Source of the DNA: the human T2T-CHM13v2.0 reference genome, Homo sapiens
NCBI RefSeq assembly: GCF_009914755.1
Contig: NC_060930.1
Length of the DNA: 64,000 nucleotides
Direction: 5' to 3' (one strand)
Below are positions 16,140 through 30,791 of this stretch, in pieces. A program made the position numbers and the translations under genes. A model generated the notes under the pieces. That model did not search any database and had not been told where the DNA came from. It was given only the letters and a program-made list of their open reading frames with translations. Position 1 is the stretch's first letter; each line of letters begins with the position of its first letter.

Positions 16140-16625
16140 CCTTGAAAGCAATTCAGCAAATGCATCAAAATCTTTTCATATTTTCAGCGTTTTATTTTTA
16201 GTAAACTATCCTTATATGTTCCTCATAAAATGAGATACAGAAAAGCTTTATTCACGGTTAGTTGTTGCCTTATATATATTTTTAAAAAGAAAATAACCTA
16301 ACAGCTAATAAGAAATTATTAAATAGTCTATGATATAGCCATAGAATAAAATGTCGTGCAATCATTAAGGCACTTAAAAATAAGTTTTTGTAATGTGGGA
16401 AAATATATAAGTTATAATGGTAAATGAAAAACTGGGAAATAGAATATCCAATTTAATATGATCATAACTCAGATATAATATGCATGGGGGAAAACTGGAA
16501 GGAAATATATCAAAAGATTAATCATGATGATCTTTGGGTTTGGGAACTATGGGAAACATTTTTTTCTTTATGTCTTGATATTTTAAAATTATCTATAATA
16601 CGCACATATTACTTTCGATAATGAG
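16140..16625 (+). mobile_element. Old L1ME 3' fragment
   Basis: AT-rich, aaaactggaaggaaatatatcaaaa...atattactttcgataat L1ME-type end. Confidence 0.6.
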
Positions 16626-18209
16626 GGGAAGAAAGAACTTATCAAGAAAACTTAGAGGAATTTTATTAGAGGGTTGAAAAGAAAATGCCTCCTGAAGTCA
16701 TCTCTGAAGAATGTAAACCTGTCATTATTTATTTATACTCATGATAAATTAGGAGCAAATATGTTTTAATGTCAACAGTGTTAGTAATGCTTATATTTGC
16801 ATAGAGGCGTATAGCACCTTAAAGGGCTTACAGTTTGCAAAACATCTTCACCCCGTATCTACTGTCCCATTTGATTCTTAAAACTAGTCTGTAAAGAGTA
16901 GGTATTGTTATCCTTATTTTACAGACACAGAATCCTGTGATGCTGGTAGAAATAAGAATAGAATAGGGGTGGAGCTGAGCACTCCAGGAATTGCAGGCTG
17001 TCCACTCCTGAGAGTGGCCTAGGCTCTGCTTTTCACTAGTGCAAACTTCTACCAGCCCTTCTGCCTTTGGGTTCCAGCTCTCTCAGCTACAAAATAAGGA
17101 AGATGCATTACTTCCCTTGGCTTTAAAAATCATATCATCTTAAAATCTGTGAGGCCTTGAGAGATGATGAATTACCTAGGAAGTCTTTAACTTTTTGATA
17201 CCCCGGATTTCTTCCCGGAGATGAGATAATAGTATCAATTTAAAGTGCATTCTCTCTTTCTTCACTTCTGCCCAAAGTAGAAATCCCTGAAATATCCTCG
17301 TTCTGTCTTTTGGAATGGGAACGTAAGCAGAGTTCCATGAACATTGACTTCGTATTCTTCCAGCTCACCTCTCTTATGAACAGAGGCTGTGGAAATATTG
17401 ACACCTTTATATGCAATGATTTATTACTGTATCTCAGGGACAGGATGCAGGACCACGTGGAAATACGCTTTTGTAGGCCTGACAGCAGCTCATCAGACAG
17501 CCATTCTCCCAGCCTGGCAGCTTCTTCTCTTCTGCCTCCTGTTATCCAAATAATAGAAACATAAAATCGAAAGACTGGAGGAGAGCTCAATAGGTCAGCT
17601 CATCTAGCTCTAGGACTGGGTTAAGGATGGCTCCTAAATCACCCAACTTTCTCCCTTTATAGAGGCTCTGTTCATTTGATAATCAATGCCAGAGCCAGAG
17701 GAAAAGGCATCAGAATATAAAGAAAGGTTTCCCTTTCCACATCCCACTTGCATTAGAGTATAAATTATAAAGGGCACTTTAATTCTACGTCCCAGTTTCC
17801 AGCAGTACAGAGACTCCAATGGTTTCATCTGAAATTAACATTCACTCCAGCCCCATCATTCTTGCTCTGTCTCACAGGCTTGCCTGGAGGAGACTGATAA
17901 ATGGCATCCTGCCAATCAGATCACTCAGTGTCTTCAGAGGAAAGCTCCCAGGGCTTCTCTGAAACCTTGGTGTTCATTCATACACATTTATTAAGCACTT
18001 ACTAAGTGCAAGGCAAAATCCAGGGCCTTTTGCTTTTCTTCCCTCCCTTCCTTCTTTCATGGAGAAATGTTGTTTGAGCTCCTACTTAGAGTGTGACAGA
18101 TGCAGTGTGGATATAATGATGAATTAGTCACTGCCAAGGAGGAGCTCACGGTCAGTGGGAGGGAGGGCGACATATAAATAAACATGAGGCAGCAAGCGGG
18201 AAAGGAGAG

Positions 18210-18450
18210 AACACAGATGTCCAGATGCCGAAGTCAGACCAACTAGGTGTGACTCCCTGCTTGGGTCCTCAGCTGCATGACCTTGTGACAGGGCATGTCA
18301 TTTCTATGAGTTATGCCCTTATGTGTGAACTAGAGATGATTATATCCCTCTCAAAGGTTGGGCATGCAGATGAAATAATATAACATATGAAAAACATCTA
18401 ATGCGAAACCTGGGTTATACTAGGTGGTCAATAAATATTAATTTCCTTCT
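18210..18450 (+). mobile_element. MIR (preceded by L2 fragment ~17975-18190)
   Basis: agtcagaccaactaggt...tgaccttg...ataggtggtcaataaatatta. Confidence 0.65.
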
Positions 18451-20059
18451 CTCTCAGATAAATATGGTATACCATGCATGGTAAGTGCTATGCCATAATT
18501 ATCTGAGTAATGCTACCCAGGGTAGAACCTCAGAGCAAGAGAGAAGACTAGGCTCTGAACTTCCACCTTTTCAGGGGGCACAGTGAGGCTGGTGGTGGGG
18601 TAGGTGAACCATAGGGCACTAATGTCACAGGTTTCGGGAGTTTGATGGGTTTCCTGGGGCAGAGCATGACTCCATGGAGAAATTAGGCTGTGGCTTCAGC
18701 TTTATGCTAAGATATAGAAACAATTCACTCACTAGGTGGTGTCCTTGAGGGACAAGGAAGTTACCCTGAGGAGAGACTCAAAATGTACAATCTTGTTTGG
18801 GCTACTGGCTAGGGATTGGCAAGGAGGGAGGCTTTTGAAGGTAGTGGTCAAACTGCCTTCTGGTCTCACCTCCTGAATGTGTCAGATTCCTCCAGAGTGG
18901 GAAAGCTGTAAAGAAGCAAACAAGCAAATTAAAGGACAAAGCTTGAATCACAAGAGATACTACCAGAAACTCCCTTTTGTGGCCTAACAAAGTTTAAAGC
19001 CAGTTATGAGTCAGATGAGGGCCTTGCATTCTGACACAAGTATGCTTGCAGGCTAACACCAGTGAAGTTACGGGCTGCCTCCAGGAGCCATGGCCAGGCA
19101 GGCAAAGGCAGGAGCACAGGGTCACCATCTGTATAAGGAAAGTGGAGTCTGTCTATGCAGTGACCAGGGAGCCACAGAGTGAACATCCAGGTAGCAGGGA
19201 AAGAGAGTAAATGCCACAAAGTGAGGAAGGTGAGGACTGTCGTGGCTGCTTGGGGACACATTGTGAACACATGAGGGATTTCTCCAGACAGAAGGAAGGT
19301 GTTTGAACTTGACAAGCCATTGTAATACTTGCCGTGTCTCTGGTCACTGCTGAGAACTCTGCTCTACAGCTTGCAACCCTTATAACCATAACTGTTTGGA
19401 GTACCTGATCTAAGAGAGACATATTAAAGGTCTTCCAGGGGCCTCCAAGGTGGTCTGTTACTCAGAATCTCTGTTGTTGAGAGTATGGATATGAGATAGA
19501 AAGAGATCTGGAATGGCAGATATGGACGGACCCAGAGAGAAGCAGACGTGGAAAGAATAGCTGAACTCTAGAATAAGATTCATGAACTCCAGCTGCTGAT
19601 GGGACCAGAAGACAACTCAGTTTCTCAGAGCTCCCTTTGGTTGCTGAACAAATTCTCAGCCCCAGTCTCCTGATACTTTGCTATTCCACTCTTCAGTCCT
19701 TCATGGGTTTGGTTCTTTGACCTATATGTGGCTAAGCATCATTGTCATCAGTGTCATCATTTTCTGACTTAGCCTTAAAAACACTCACTTACAGAGTTTT
19801 CATTCATTCTATGCAAACCCAAATGCCTGAAACTTTTGTTGTTAGGGACTGAGAAGAGGGGATTCTCACTCTGATGATCCATATTCTTCTATTGTATCTC
19901 CAGGCTGCCAAGGTCAGGGAAAGCCTGTGTTCCATATAAAGATTATTGGTGCCCAGAGAGAAGGGGATCTGACTGTTTGATGATTGGGAAGAAGACTCTG
20001 CAACGGAGGTTTTACTTGCGATAAAGCTGACAAGGGATGCTGGTGTGGACAGGGGCAAA

Positions 20060-20880
20060 GAGAGAGGGGATGTGTTCTCAGCAAAGGCAAGACTCCAGCA
20101 TGTGCAAAGGCACAGAGGAATGAAAGTTTGAGTCATGGGGAGAAGGAATTGCTCTGTGTGTCTTGGGGCATGGTGGGCGGCGAGGTAGAGAATACCAGTT
20201 GGGCCAGACTATGAAAGTCACTGAAGCTATTGTAAAGCTTTCTTCTGGAGGTGAGTGGTGACTTTTAGTCAAGGGAGGTACACAACCAGTTTTCTGTTTG
20301 ACATGGTAACTCTGGCAGTAACTAGGAGTTCTGGTTGATGGTAGTCCCATCCGGTCATCAGGAAGACCATCTGGAAGCTAATGAGACAATTCAGGTAAAA
20401 AAGTGAGGACCTGAACTGAGGTAATGACAGTGGAGGAGAAAGAGGAGAAAGACTGGGAGAGATTTAGAAAGTCGTCATGGCTGGACCTGATGAACGACTG
20501 CATATCATTGATGAGGAAGATGGAGGCAATGCAAGGAGGATGACTCTAAGTTTCTATTTGGGGCAACAGGAGCACGATGGTGGTATACATTGAAACAGAC
20601 ATCTCAGGAAGAAGAATACGCTCTGGGGGAAAGCTTGATCTCCGTTCGGGAAACATTGAGTTTGAGATGCTTCTAGGACACTGCAGTACAGATGCTGTCA
20701 GTAGTTGGAAATAGCATCCTAGAATTCAGGGGAGAGCCAGAATTGGAGATGTAGATTTGTGAGTATTTGCTGTATATGTGGTTTATGTTATGGGAAAACA
20801 CGAGATCACCAGGGAAGAGCACCGTGATGGTGATAGGACAAGAGGTCCTAGGATAAAACTGGTGAAGATCAGTGTGAGAG
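20060..20880 (-). mobile_element. L2 fragment
   Basis: cagcatgtgcaaaggcacagagg ... acattgagtttgagatgc ... ggagatgtagatttgtgagt. Confidence 0.75.
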
Positions 20881-21260
20881 ATGGAGGCCTATTGAGTTGA
20901 AGAAAAGTAATGAACAAAGGCAGGTTGTAGTCTTTCAGCCTAGGCTTCATGAGGTTGAGCCCTTTGCTTTGCAGGTTTAGAAGCTTGTCTTTATTAGTTC
21001 ACCTAAGGGATGAACTGACCAAGGTCTTGACATCTGATTCATCTAACCAAACTCATAAGAATCTGCTACCTAAAGTAGAATGAGGTTCTATTAATTCACA
21101 GGTGGAAATACTAAGATGCAGAAAACTAATCAGGTACTGATGAAAGGATATAAACTCCAAACTCATATTGCTTTGTGTGTTATCTGCTTAAAGGTGGAGA
21201 CATTTCTATTAAAAAACTAGTATTGGCTGTCTTCAGTATTGGGTGGCCTATGGAATAATA

Positions 21261-21625
21261 CAGGTGTACCTCATTTTATTGTTCTTCACTTTATTGTGCT
21301 CTGCAAATACTGCGTTTTTTAACAAGTTGAATTTCGTGGCCACCCTGAGTCAAGCAAGTCCATCAGCACCATTTTTTCCAACAACACTTGCTCATTTCAT
21401 GTGTCAGTTTCAGCAATTTTTAGCAGTACAGCATTTCTAAGTTGAGGTATGTACATTGTTTTTAAAGCCATAATGCTATTGCACACATAGTAGACTACAG
21501 TATAGTATAAACATAACTTTTATATGCACTAGAAAATTAAAACATTTATGTACTTGTTTTACCGCAATATTTGCTTTATTGTAACGGTCTAAAATCAAAC
21601 CCACAATATCTCCAAGGTATGCCTG
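21261..21625 (+). mobile_element. Tigger1-derived internally deleted element (Tc1/mariner MITE)
   Basis: Termini caggtgtacctc / aaggtatgcctg joined to Tigger1 subterminal sequence; TA on left flank. Confidence 0.85.
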
Positions 21626-21839
21626 TTGTGTGACTGAAAACCCCCAAACTAAGTGTGCCGTAGTTAAATAAGTTTGATAAAACTTAAATCCTTCTCTTAG
21701 ATGTTCACAAAGTACATATGAATTAAAGACTTTAAGAACTTCTCGAGTAAAGCAACCTGTTATGCTTAACCCAGCATTTGCAAATCCCTTGATCATAGAA
21801 GTTTCTCACCTATGATACCAGCCCTCATTTCTGGCCTGG

Positions 21840-22765
21840 CATAATCTGTCTAATCAATAGCTCCTCTTGGATGTATAACAGACATTTCAGCCTTCACGTG
21901 TTCAGAACCAGATTCTTGAAATCTGCCTTTCCCAGCTAGTTCTCATCTCCCCCAAGTTAGTAAATGTTAACTTCACTTTCCAATTGCTTGATCCCCAAAT
22001 CTTGGAGGCTCTCTTTTTCTAACACTCTGTATGTAAAAATCAGCAAATCCTATTGGCTCTGTGAAAACATATCCCAAATCTGACTACTACTCAGCAGTTT
22101 CATTCTGACCATCCTAGTCCAAACTGCTGCCAGCTTCCTCCCGGACTATTACATTAGCTATCTAAGTGGTCTCCCTGCTTCCAAACTTGTTCCCCATAGT
22201 GTACTCTTCATACAGCAGCTTTTAAAACTCAAGTCAGATTGTGTCACTCCTCTGCTCAAAATCCTCCAATAGCTTCCCATTTCAGTCACAGCAAAAGCCA
22301 CAATTCTTAGAGTGGCCTATGACGCCCTACCTGATCTGACCTTCCATTACTTCTCTGATTTGACCTCCCACCACTTTGCCCTTGGCTTACTCTGCTGCAG
22401 GCACACCGGCTTCCTTGCTCATCCTCCTGCCTCAGGACCTTTGCACTTGCTGGTTTTTTTCTGTGAGGAATGCTCTTCTCCAGACATCAGCATGGCTCAC
22501 TTCCTCATTTCATTAGGGTCTCTGCTCAAATGACCACTCATTTTCTAACCATCTTATTTAAAATATATCTGCTTTGTGTTTCTTCATAGCATTTTTCAGC
22601 ATGTCACTGTGTGTATATATGTGTATGTGTACATATTTTGTTACTATCTGCACCCCCTGCCTCCCCCACAACTAGGATGTAAGCTCCCTGAGAAGGACTT
22701 TTACTTTTTCATTGCTGTATCCAGTATTTCAAAGAGTGTCTGACATGGCATAAATATTTTGTTAA
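21840..22765 (+). mobile_element. L2a 3' region
   Basis: tcactcctctgctcaaaatcctcc ... cctcaggacctttgcacttgctg ... actaggatgtaagctcc. Confidence 0.85.
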
Positions 22766-22884
22766 AGATCTGAATAAACGAATACCCCCATTACTAGATC
22801 TGCAGAACACACCATGAGAAACCGGTTTAGACTTTTGGTGCCTGCTCTGGGCCGTGATATAGATTCATTTTTCCTTTTTCTTTT

Positions 22885-23183
22885 ATTTTCTTTGTTTTTG
22901 AGACAGAATCTCACTCTGTTGCCCAGGCTGGAGTGCAGCGGCATGATCTCAGCTCACTGGAACCTCCATCTCCAGGGTTCAAGCGATTCTCCCTGCCTCA
23001 GCCTCCTGAGTAGCTGGGATTACAGGCGCCGCCCCCACGCCCGGATAATTTTTAAATTTTTAGTAGAGATGGGGGTTTTGGAATGTTGGTCAGGTTGATC
23101 TCACACTCCTAACCTCAGGTGATTTACCCCCCTCAGCCTCCCAAAGTGCTTGGGATTACAGGCGTGAGCCACTGTGCCCAGCC
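22885..23183 (-). mobile_element. AluS
   Basis: Full Alu; TSD cctttttctttt. Confidence 0.9.
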
Positions 23184-24298
23184 CCTTTTTCTTTTCTATA
23201 TTCCTTATCAATCATCATGTTGTTATATAAGTACCTGGAGTTGCAATTTTTCCAGACTGTATTTTATGCTGGTTTCATTTGAGATTGTTTGCAATATCAT
23301 TAGAAAACAATCTCCAAGTCACAGGGATGGATAGACTACATCTGAGAGGTTCCTGGGATGGGCTAATCTCATCTATTTATATTGTTTTAAAAAATAACTC
23401 ATGATTTTGAAGTTCAGTTTGTTTTCAAAGGGTAAGGTTAGAAACTTGGAAAAGGCCTTAATAAAATGCAGGCTCTGAACCTAGACTTGTAGACATGGGT
23501 GTCTTTGGTTTAAAGCATGCTGTACTGTAAGAGGTCAAAATTTGGGGGTTTAAAATAGAAGGATGGAAAGCACCAGAGTCAGCTGATATAGAAGTCAATG
23601 AACACTTATGTTTGGTTTCAGGTGAATATCTATATTCATCTCAAGCAGAGCGCACAGTTTTGCCTTATACTTGTTTAACTGTTTATTGTCAGTTTCCCCA
23701 GCTAAAGTGACAGTCCCATGAGAGGAGGGGCTTGTCTTGTCTACTGCATTTCCAGTGCCTAAATGGTACCTGACATGTAGTAGGTGCTGGTTAAATACTG
23801 GTCCCTTGGTCATGCTTTGCGCATGTCCATTCTAGTCTTTTCCTGCTGCCTACTAAAGACTTATTCTTTGCTTCATGACTTACTTATTTGGTGCTTTTTA
23901 CTTAATGATGCTCAACATGTACTTTCATACATACTAACTCAGGAGACTGTTAATATTTGTTGAGTACCTACTATGTGTTTGGAACAAAGGTACAGGAGTA
24001 TGTGAAGTTAGTATTCTAACCCATAATAAGCTACTTAGTCTCCATGGATAGCTTGTATTTTGAAGCAGGAAATGCCTATATAAAACTTTCTCCTGAAAAA
24101 AATAGAGTCAAAAATATCTAAAAGTGCTATCTGATGTTTCCTTGCCATTTATGGAAGAGAACAATGGAATGTATCAAATAAGGGAAAGAAACGAAGACAG
24201 AGAGAGTATTGACTTAAGTAAAAGGTCACATGCTTACTAAAGGAATTGCAACACAAGCCAAGCAATTCATAGCATCTCATCAAAGATGCGGGATTCCA

Positions 24299-24400
24299 TC
24301 ACTGGAACCTGGGAGGTGGAGTTTGCAGTGAGCCGAGATCGTGCCACCGCACTCCAGCCTGGGCTACAAAGTGAGACTTGGTCTCAAGAGAAAAAAAAAA
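24299..24400 (+). mobile_element. Severely 5'-truncated Alu (right-arm 3' end)
   Basis: 17-bp TSD aaagatgc(g/t)ggattcca at 24282 and 24401. Confidence 0.9.
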
Positions 24401-25274
24401 AAAGATGCTGGATTCCACTTACCTTTCCCCAGTGAAGATTCAAAAGCCTATTAGCCTGTTTGAACTAAGATGTAAGACGGTGGCCTCAAACTCCAATCAA
24501 TAATAGCACAAGGACTGAAGGCACCCACTGTTTCTCAAGAGTTCCAAACCACTCTTAATACAGTTTTACATTCCATCTAATATTTTGTTCTTGATGTTTT
24601 CTGATCTTCCAATTGTACTACACCCCTAGGGAAAAACCAAAATTTTTTTTATGAGAAAGCTAATTTTCAATTAGTAGAGTTAAGAAGAAAATCTTATAAA
24701 CTTTCCTTCCTAAGCATATAGCTATACCCTTGAGAGAACCTTAGCTCATTGTGTGCTCATGAAAAGAACACAATATCCTGTATGAGTCAAACCTGAAGAT
24801 GCCAAATGGTGATATATAAGCTTTTAAAGAAGGTTAGAGAACTGAGCCAACACTTTAGTTTTGTTCTTTAAGGGTAGAATGCTGGGGGTTATGGGCACTG
24901 CATATTATGCAGGAGGGGTGATGGATGATGTCCTCATTATCCTTGTTTTCTAGATTTGGCTGGTTGCAAGGTGGGGCTGGAAAGTCCCTTGTTGGTAATA
25001 ACGTCAAGTGTATTGATACTTGTGACTCAGAGGCACCATTAAAATTGATATGTAAGTGTGAAGTGTGATATGTAAGTGTGAAGGTAATATGGTTTCTCTT
25101 CTTATTTCTCCATAATACTCATGGGACACTTTCGATGATTTAAAGCAGAATGATTTATTATGACTTTAATGTTCTAAGGAACTCTTCTATCTACCCTTGA
25201 CCTCATCTCAACTGCCATTGTTTTAGTAAGGGTTCTGGTTAGAAATCTTTTCTACCAAGGGTAGGAACTTTTTT

Positions 25275-25469
25275 GTTATTGGGGTTGGCCCTCTGAAGTT
25301 TCACTGAAAAATCAGCTCACAGAAGGCAGGTTAATTGGAGAAAAGGTGTACAAGTTTCATGTGTATACACAGAAGACTTCAGAATGAAGACCTGAAGATA
25401 CAGGGGAATTGTCCATTTTTATACTTAGGTTCAACAAAGGATGGACAGCCATGTAGAAATGTGATTGGA
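25275..25469 (-). mobile_element. ERV1 LTR fragment (MER39-like)
   Basis: cttcagaatgaagacc...agatacaggggaattgtccatttttatacttaggttcaacaaag. Confidence 0.65.
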
Positions 25470-25574
25470 ACCAGCCTGGGCAACATAGTGAGACCCTGTT
25501 TCTACCAAAAAAAAAATGTAGCTAGACACAGGGGTGCATGCCTGTAGTCCCAGCTATCAGGAGGCTGAGGCAGG
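25470..25574 (+). mobile_element. Internal AluJ fragment lacking both ends
   Basis: accagcctgggcaacatagtgagacc ... ggaggctgaggcagg. Confidence 0.85.
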
Positions 25575-25885
25575 TTGTTTTTGGCTGCTGCCAGTTTCTG
25601 GTGATCGTCAGCATTCCTTGACCTGGGCAGCAACACTCCAGTCTTTTCTCTGTGGCCACATTACCTTCTCCTGTAATGTCTGTGTAATTTCCCTTTGCCT
25701 CACTCTTATAAAGGCACCTGTTAGTGCACTTAGGGCTCACCTGGATCGTCCAGGGTGAACTCCTCATCTTAAGATCCCTAACTTCATTGCATCTGAAAAG
25801 AATCTTTTCCCACATAAGATCGCATTCATAGATTCTAGGCATTAAGGCATGGGCGTGTCTTTGGGAGCTGCACCATTCAACCCAG
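25575..25885 (-). mobile_element. MLT1B/C LTR 5' part
   Basis: ccagtttctggtg...ctcttataaaggcac...atcttaagatccctaactt...attcaaccc. Confidence 0.8.
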
Positions 25886-26152
25886 TCTATATGCCATATT
25901 TATTATTCTGTATGTGTAGCTTAAGTCAGTCTCGCTAGCAGCTACAAAGGTTTTTAAATTAGCATTCTGACCTGAACCTTCATAAATCATTATTCCTTGA
26001 GGACAGCAGCCAAGGACAAGACTAGATTAAGATTTTGAACAGGAGAATGGTTGATAGAGGGAGTTAGACACTCATAACCAATTGCCAGAGACGAGGCAGG
26101 AAATTCACATGCGTTAAATATCTTTTCCATTCACTTGCAAATGTGGCCTTGT

Positions 26153-26323
26153 GGCCAGGTGCTGTGGTTCAGACCTGTATTCCCAGCACTTTGGGAGGCT
26201 GAGGCAGGAAGATCACTTGAGGCCAGGAGCTCAAGGCTGCAGTGAGCTGTGATCTTGGTATGAAGGGAGTGCCACTGCACTCCAGTCTGGGCATCAGAGA
26301 GAGACCCTGTTTTCAAAAAAAAA
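26153..26323 (+). mobile_element. Monomeric Alu (FAM/FRAM-like or arm-to-arm recombinant)
   Basis: Single ~170-bp monomer with A tail; TSD aaa..tggccttgt. Confidence 0.8.
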
Positions 26324-27265
26324 AGATGGCCTTGTTTGATTCTTATTACAAATCTGTGATGGACCTCGTCTAATCCATACTCCTGTAAATGTGGAAACAG
26401 GCTCAAGAAGCTAGGTAACAATGTTCTTAAGTCCCACCAACCAAGGGCAGAGCCAAGATTTTGATCCAAATCTGTTATTGTCTCCAAAGCATATATCCTC
26501 TGTCACAAGTGAGGATTTCTGGGTGCATCTGGGACCTCCAAGCCAGCTGTTACTGCCATATGCCTATGTCCTCCCTCTGCTGGGGTTCCCAATAGGGAGA
26601 AGAGGACAGAGCTCTTAAGGCTTTGACAAAAGTTGAGTCCTTGGTCTAAGTCAATAGTTTCTGGATTCTATACACTATATTAGGAAAGGAGAGGAAAGAA
26701 ATAATTATGAACAGTGTTCTTGTCTGTCGCGATCATATATGATTACCATCATTGCATCTCCATAACTAGAAAACTGAACAGGTAGGACAGGTTTGAAAAA
26801 TCCAAATGTGATTTTCAGGGTGGGGGATTGAACAAGGATATATGAAGGTATCAGCGTGACAATTTAGTAATCAGTTTCTTCCTCAATAAATTTAAAGAAA
26901 AACCCAGAGGCAGTAAGTTTTTTTGTGAAAACTAATTATGACACTTTGAATTTCAAAATGAGTAAACATACTTTGGAGGAAAGAAAGCAAATACATGGAA
27001 GATAAAACAGTTTGGTTTCAAGATTAACACTTAAATATAAATTTTGAATGTCTCTTTGCTGGGTAAGGAAATTTTTTATTCTAACTGTGAAGAACTGGAG
27101 AGAGAATTTCTTCTCTGGTCATATGCATGAAATTCAGATCCTTTCTTGCTTCACTTTAAAAATAATTGAATAACATCAGCGTCCAAGAATTTGAAGACAG
27201 CATAATTAATAGATGGATGATAATTCAACCTGCCTGAGAGAAACTGCGTTTAAGAAGAAAGCCCC

Positions 27266-27687
<422 letters not shown>

Positions 27688-28689
27688 TTACCTCCTTTGC
27701 AACGGTTATTAAGCAGAGTAGCTGATTTTTAATTAGATTTAAATGTGTGACTCACTAATGGTTAATGACAAACAATTTAATTATCGGGCCTTTCATTTTT
27801 TCTGGAAAGCCTCAGACTGCTCCTGGAATCCTTAATGTGGGCATGTGAAGAATATGGGCATTAATGGGTCTCAGAAGTTTTTCTGTTTTATCTTGTGGAC
27901 AAAGGCACAAATGGTTAACTCGATTTTATTGAATGTCTCTTCATAGTCAAGATAAGGTTAATGCCCCTGGGGGCTTGGAGATCCACACCAGGACACAGCC
28001 CCATTGGTTGGCTTCATTGCCTGCTCTCTTACCCTCCTGGATCCAGCTCCTGAAAGTGTTTTACTTTTCACCAGGATGCTTCTAGAGGATGTCAACTGAT
28101 TAGCCAATCAAGGTAGGTTCTGATAAGATGTAGACCCCTCCAGGCATATTTAAATCCTATTAATGGATTCTTCCAGAGAGAAAGCCTTTTGAGATGTAGA
28201 GAGATGACGCTGTGATAGTGGGATGACAGATCTGGGGTTAATAATTCCTGGCAGGAGAGCCTGCCTGGAGTGTCTCATGTCTCTCCAATGATGGCAGATG
28301 CCTCCTTGCTAACTAGGAGCTGACTGAACTGGCCGTTCTGAAAGCAGTAGCTGTGGCTATAGCTGAAATGACAGTCACACATGGTCAGCGTAAAAAGGAC
28401 TCTGATCATTTAAGTCATCTTCACACATGATCACAAGTGTATGCAAATTCCAAAAGCAAAGTGTACTTGGTATCATAGACTCTTAAGGCTGTCTCTGGCC
28501 ATCACTCATAGTATGGGGCATGCTCAGTCTTCTGGAATTTACAGCTATCAGCCAGGATGATGGTGTCTTTCCAAGTTGAAAAATGTCTTTCAGATGTTAA
28601 CTAAAATTTTAAACAAACTGTTTAGGCAAAGATGTCACAGAGAGGCTATTTACATTTAAGATAGCAGGTACATTTAGTAATATAATCTG

Positions 28690-29275
28690 TGACATTTACA
28701 GAAAACTTATTGGACATTAACTTTTGTCTTCCAATAACCCTATGAGGGAGGTAGTATTATCCAAATTTACAGATGATAAAACAGAGAGGTTAAGTAACTT
28801 GCAGAAGGTGACCCAGCTGGTAAGTAGCAGAGCTGGTTTCGAAGCCCACACTCTTACCTATAATGCTAAAATTTGCATATGTAATCTATGTGATTCTTAC
28901 TTTCAGTTGCATAATTGATTTTGCCACATGGATGAAGACAACTTGAACAAGGGCAACATGGACAGCAGAGAGGCACTAGAGCATGATAGTCTAAAGCATG
29001 GATTCCTGTGTCACCTAGTATGAGTAGATCCCCCAGGTCTAGCACATACAGCTGTGAAAGCTTGGGCAAATTGTCTTAGGACTTCAGTTTTCTCATCTGC
29101 AAAATGGGGACAATAAGTGTATATAACTCATAGGATTGTAATGGTTATAGGCGACAACTGTGACAATACCTAACATTAATTGAATGCTTCTTTTTGTGCC
29201 AATGATGAGAAAGATGGACGTGATTAGCTTTGCCCCTGGCACATAAGCATTTTCATTAGCTATTCGTATTATTAT
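28690..29275. mobile_element. Two MIRs in opposite orientation
   Basis: agagaggttaagtaacttgc (minus) and ttcagttttctcatctgcaaaatggg (plus). Confidence 0.7.
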
Positions 29276-30598
29276 TTAATACTACCTGTCAAACCCATTT
29301 CGACAAACTTCAAGAGATCATCAACTTCTTTTGCCATATCAGAATTCTGACCTACCGAAAATCGCTCTTTATAAGTGGGTCAGGGATGGAGCTTGGAAAT
29401 CTTTTTTGTTATGTACAATTTCACCTATAATTTATTTTCCATTTTAATCTAATGCATAATTGAACACACTTTTAGAATATCACATTATATATTGCTTCTA
29501 TTACTCTCAGAAATACTTTGTCTTTGTCATAGGGTATTACTAAATCTAGCTGAATTTCCAGCTTCCCAAGAACCTGATAAACAGGCTCATTTTTCTTCAC
29601 AGATTAGTAAGGAGAAGGAAATTAACTCTGAATCCTGATTCTTGTCTATAGTTTAAGGGAAAAAAATACAGTTAAAGTGAGTTGAAATCATAGTCATAAT
29701 CAAAATGATGGGGTTATTCTGCAGCTGTCAGGGGTACCCATGAGCTGCAAAGTAGCACCTGCAATAACAGCCTTGATTTTCTAATCCATTTCACAATCCA
29801 CTCTTGGCATGAAGCACGTTCTACCTTTCGAACTGTCAGATTCTTGGGCTGAGCAAATTGGGTACAGCTTTTCGATTACACATTCAGTTCTTTCCCAGCT
29901 TTAAAACTGATTTCACATTACCAGTATGATTTATCAAGGAGAGAGCCATCTTAAGGCACAAGCCTAAGTTATAGAGGTGGCCCTGGGGTGTAAGCAAAAG
30001 CACTGCAGAATTTCAGATATAATAAAACAGGGTGAGCCTGCTATTACCTGTGTCCTAGATACAAAAGATACTCTTCTGATAGCCTGGAACAGCTGGCACC
30101 AACACCTCACTTTATTAGGGGGCTGCTGTTTCCATATTTCCAGGCCAGGAAGCCCTATTTCTTAGTAGCTAGAATTGTATTCATTAAAAAAAACAAACAA
30201 ACCAGGTTTGTATCACTCTTACCAAGCAATCAAGCATAGTCTGTTGATTAGGGCCAGCCTGAAGCCAACTAGTCGGGTAAAGTTAGCTGTCTTCTTTCCA
30301 ATTAGTGCTTCTTGCCCCTCCTCCATAGGCCTGCCCAAGGCATCCAATACCTATGCTTCCCACTTCCTTCTAGCAAAACCAGCTCTCACACCCTTTAATC
30401 AAGCCTCAGTACAGTTGACCCTTGAACAATGCAGGAATTAGAGGCTCTGACCTCGTGCACAGTAAAAAACCTGCATAACTTTTGACTCCCCCAAAATTAA
30501 CTAATAGCCTACTATTGACCAGAAGCCTTACCCAAAACATAAACCAATAACATATGTGACTAACACATATTTTATATAGGTATTATACACTATATTCT

Positions 30599-30730
30599 TT
30601 TTTTGTGTGTGTGTGTGTTTTATTTATTATTATTATACTTTAAGTTTTAGGGTACATGTGCACAATGTGCAGGTTAGTTACATATGTATACATGTGCCAT
30701 GCTGGTGCGCTGCACCCACTAACTTGACAT
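30599..30730 (-). mobile_element. ~130-bp L1PA2-like 3' tail with (TG)n in its poly-T
   Basis: ggttagttacatatg, gctggtgcgctgcacccactaac young-L1 diagnostics; TSD ca(c/g)tatattct. Confidence 0.85.
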
Positions 30731-30791
30731 CAGTATATTCTATGATAAAGTAAACTAGAGAAAAGAAAATGTTATTAAGAAAATCATAAAG

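Noticed and set aside
19004-19422. Overlapping minus-strand ORFs with a faint GPS-like HLPHFVAF motif in a third frame
   Set aside because: Conserved cysteines missing, no convincing splice pair or homology
25046-25083. Short tandem duplications (also ~38945-38976)
   Set aside because: Common slippage events of 17-20 bp with no sign of function
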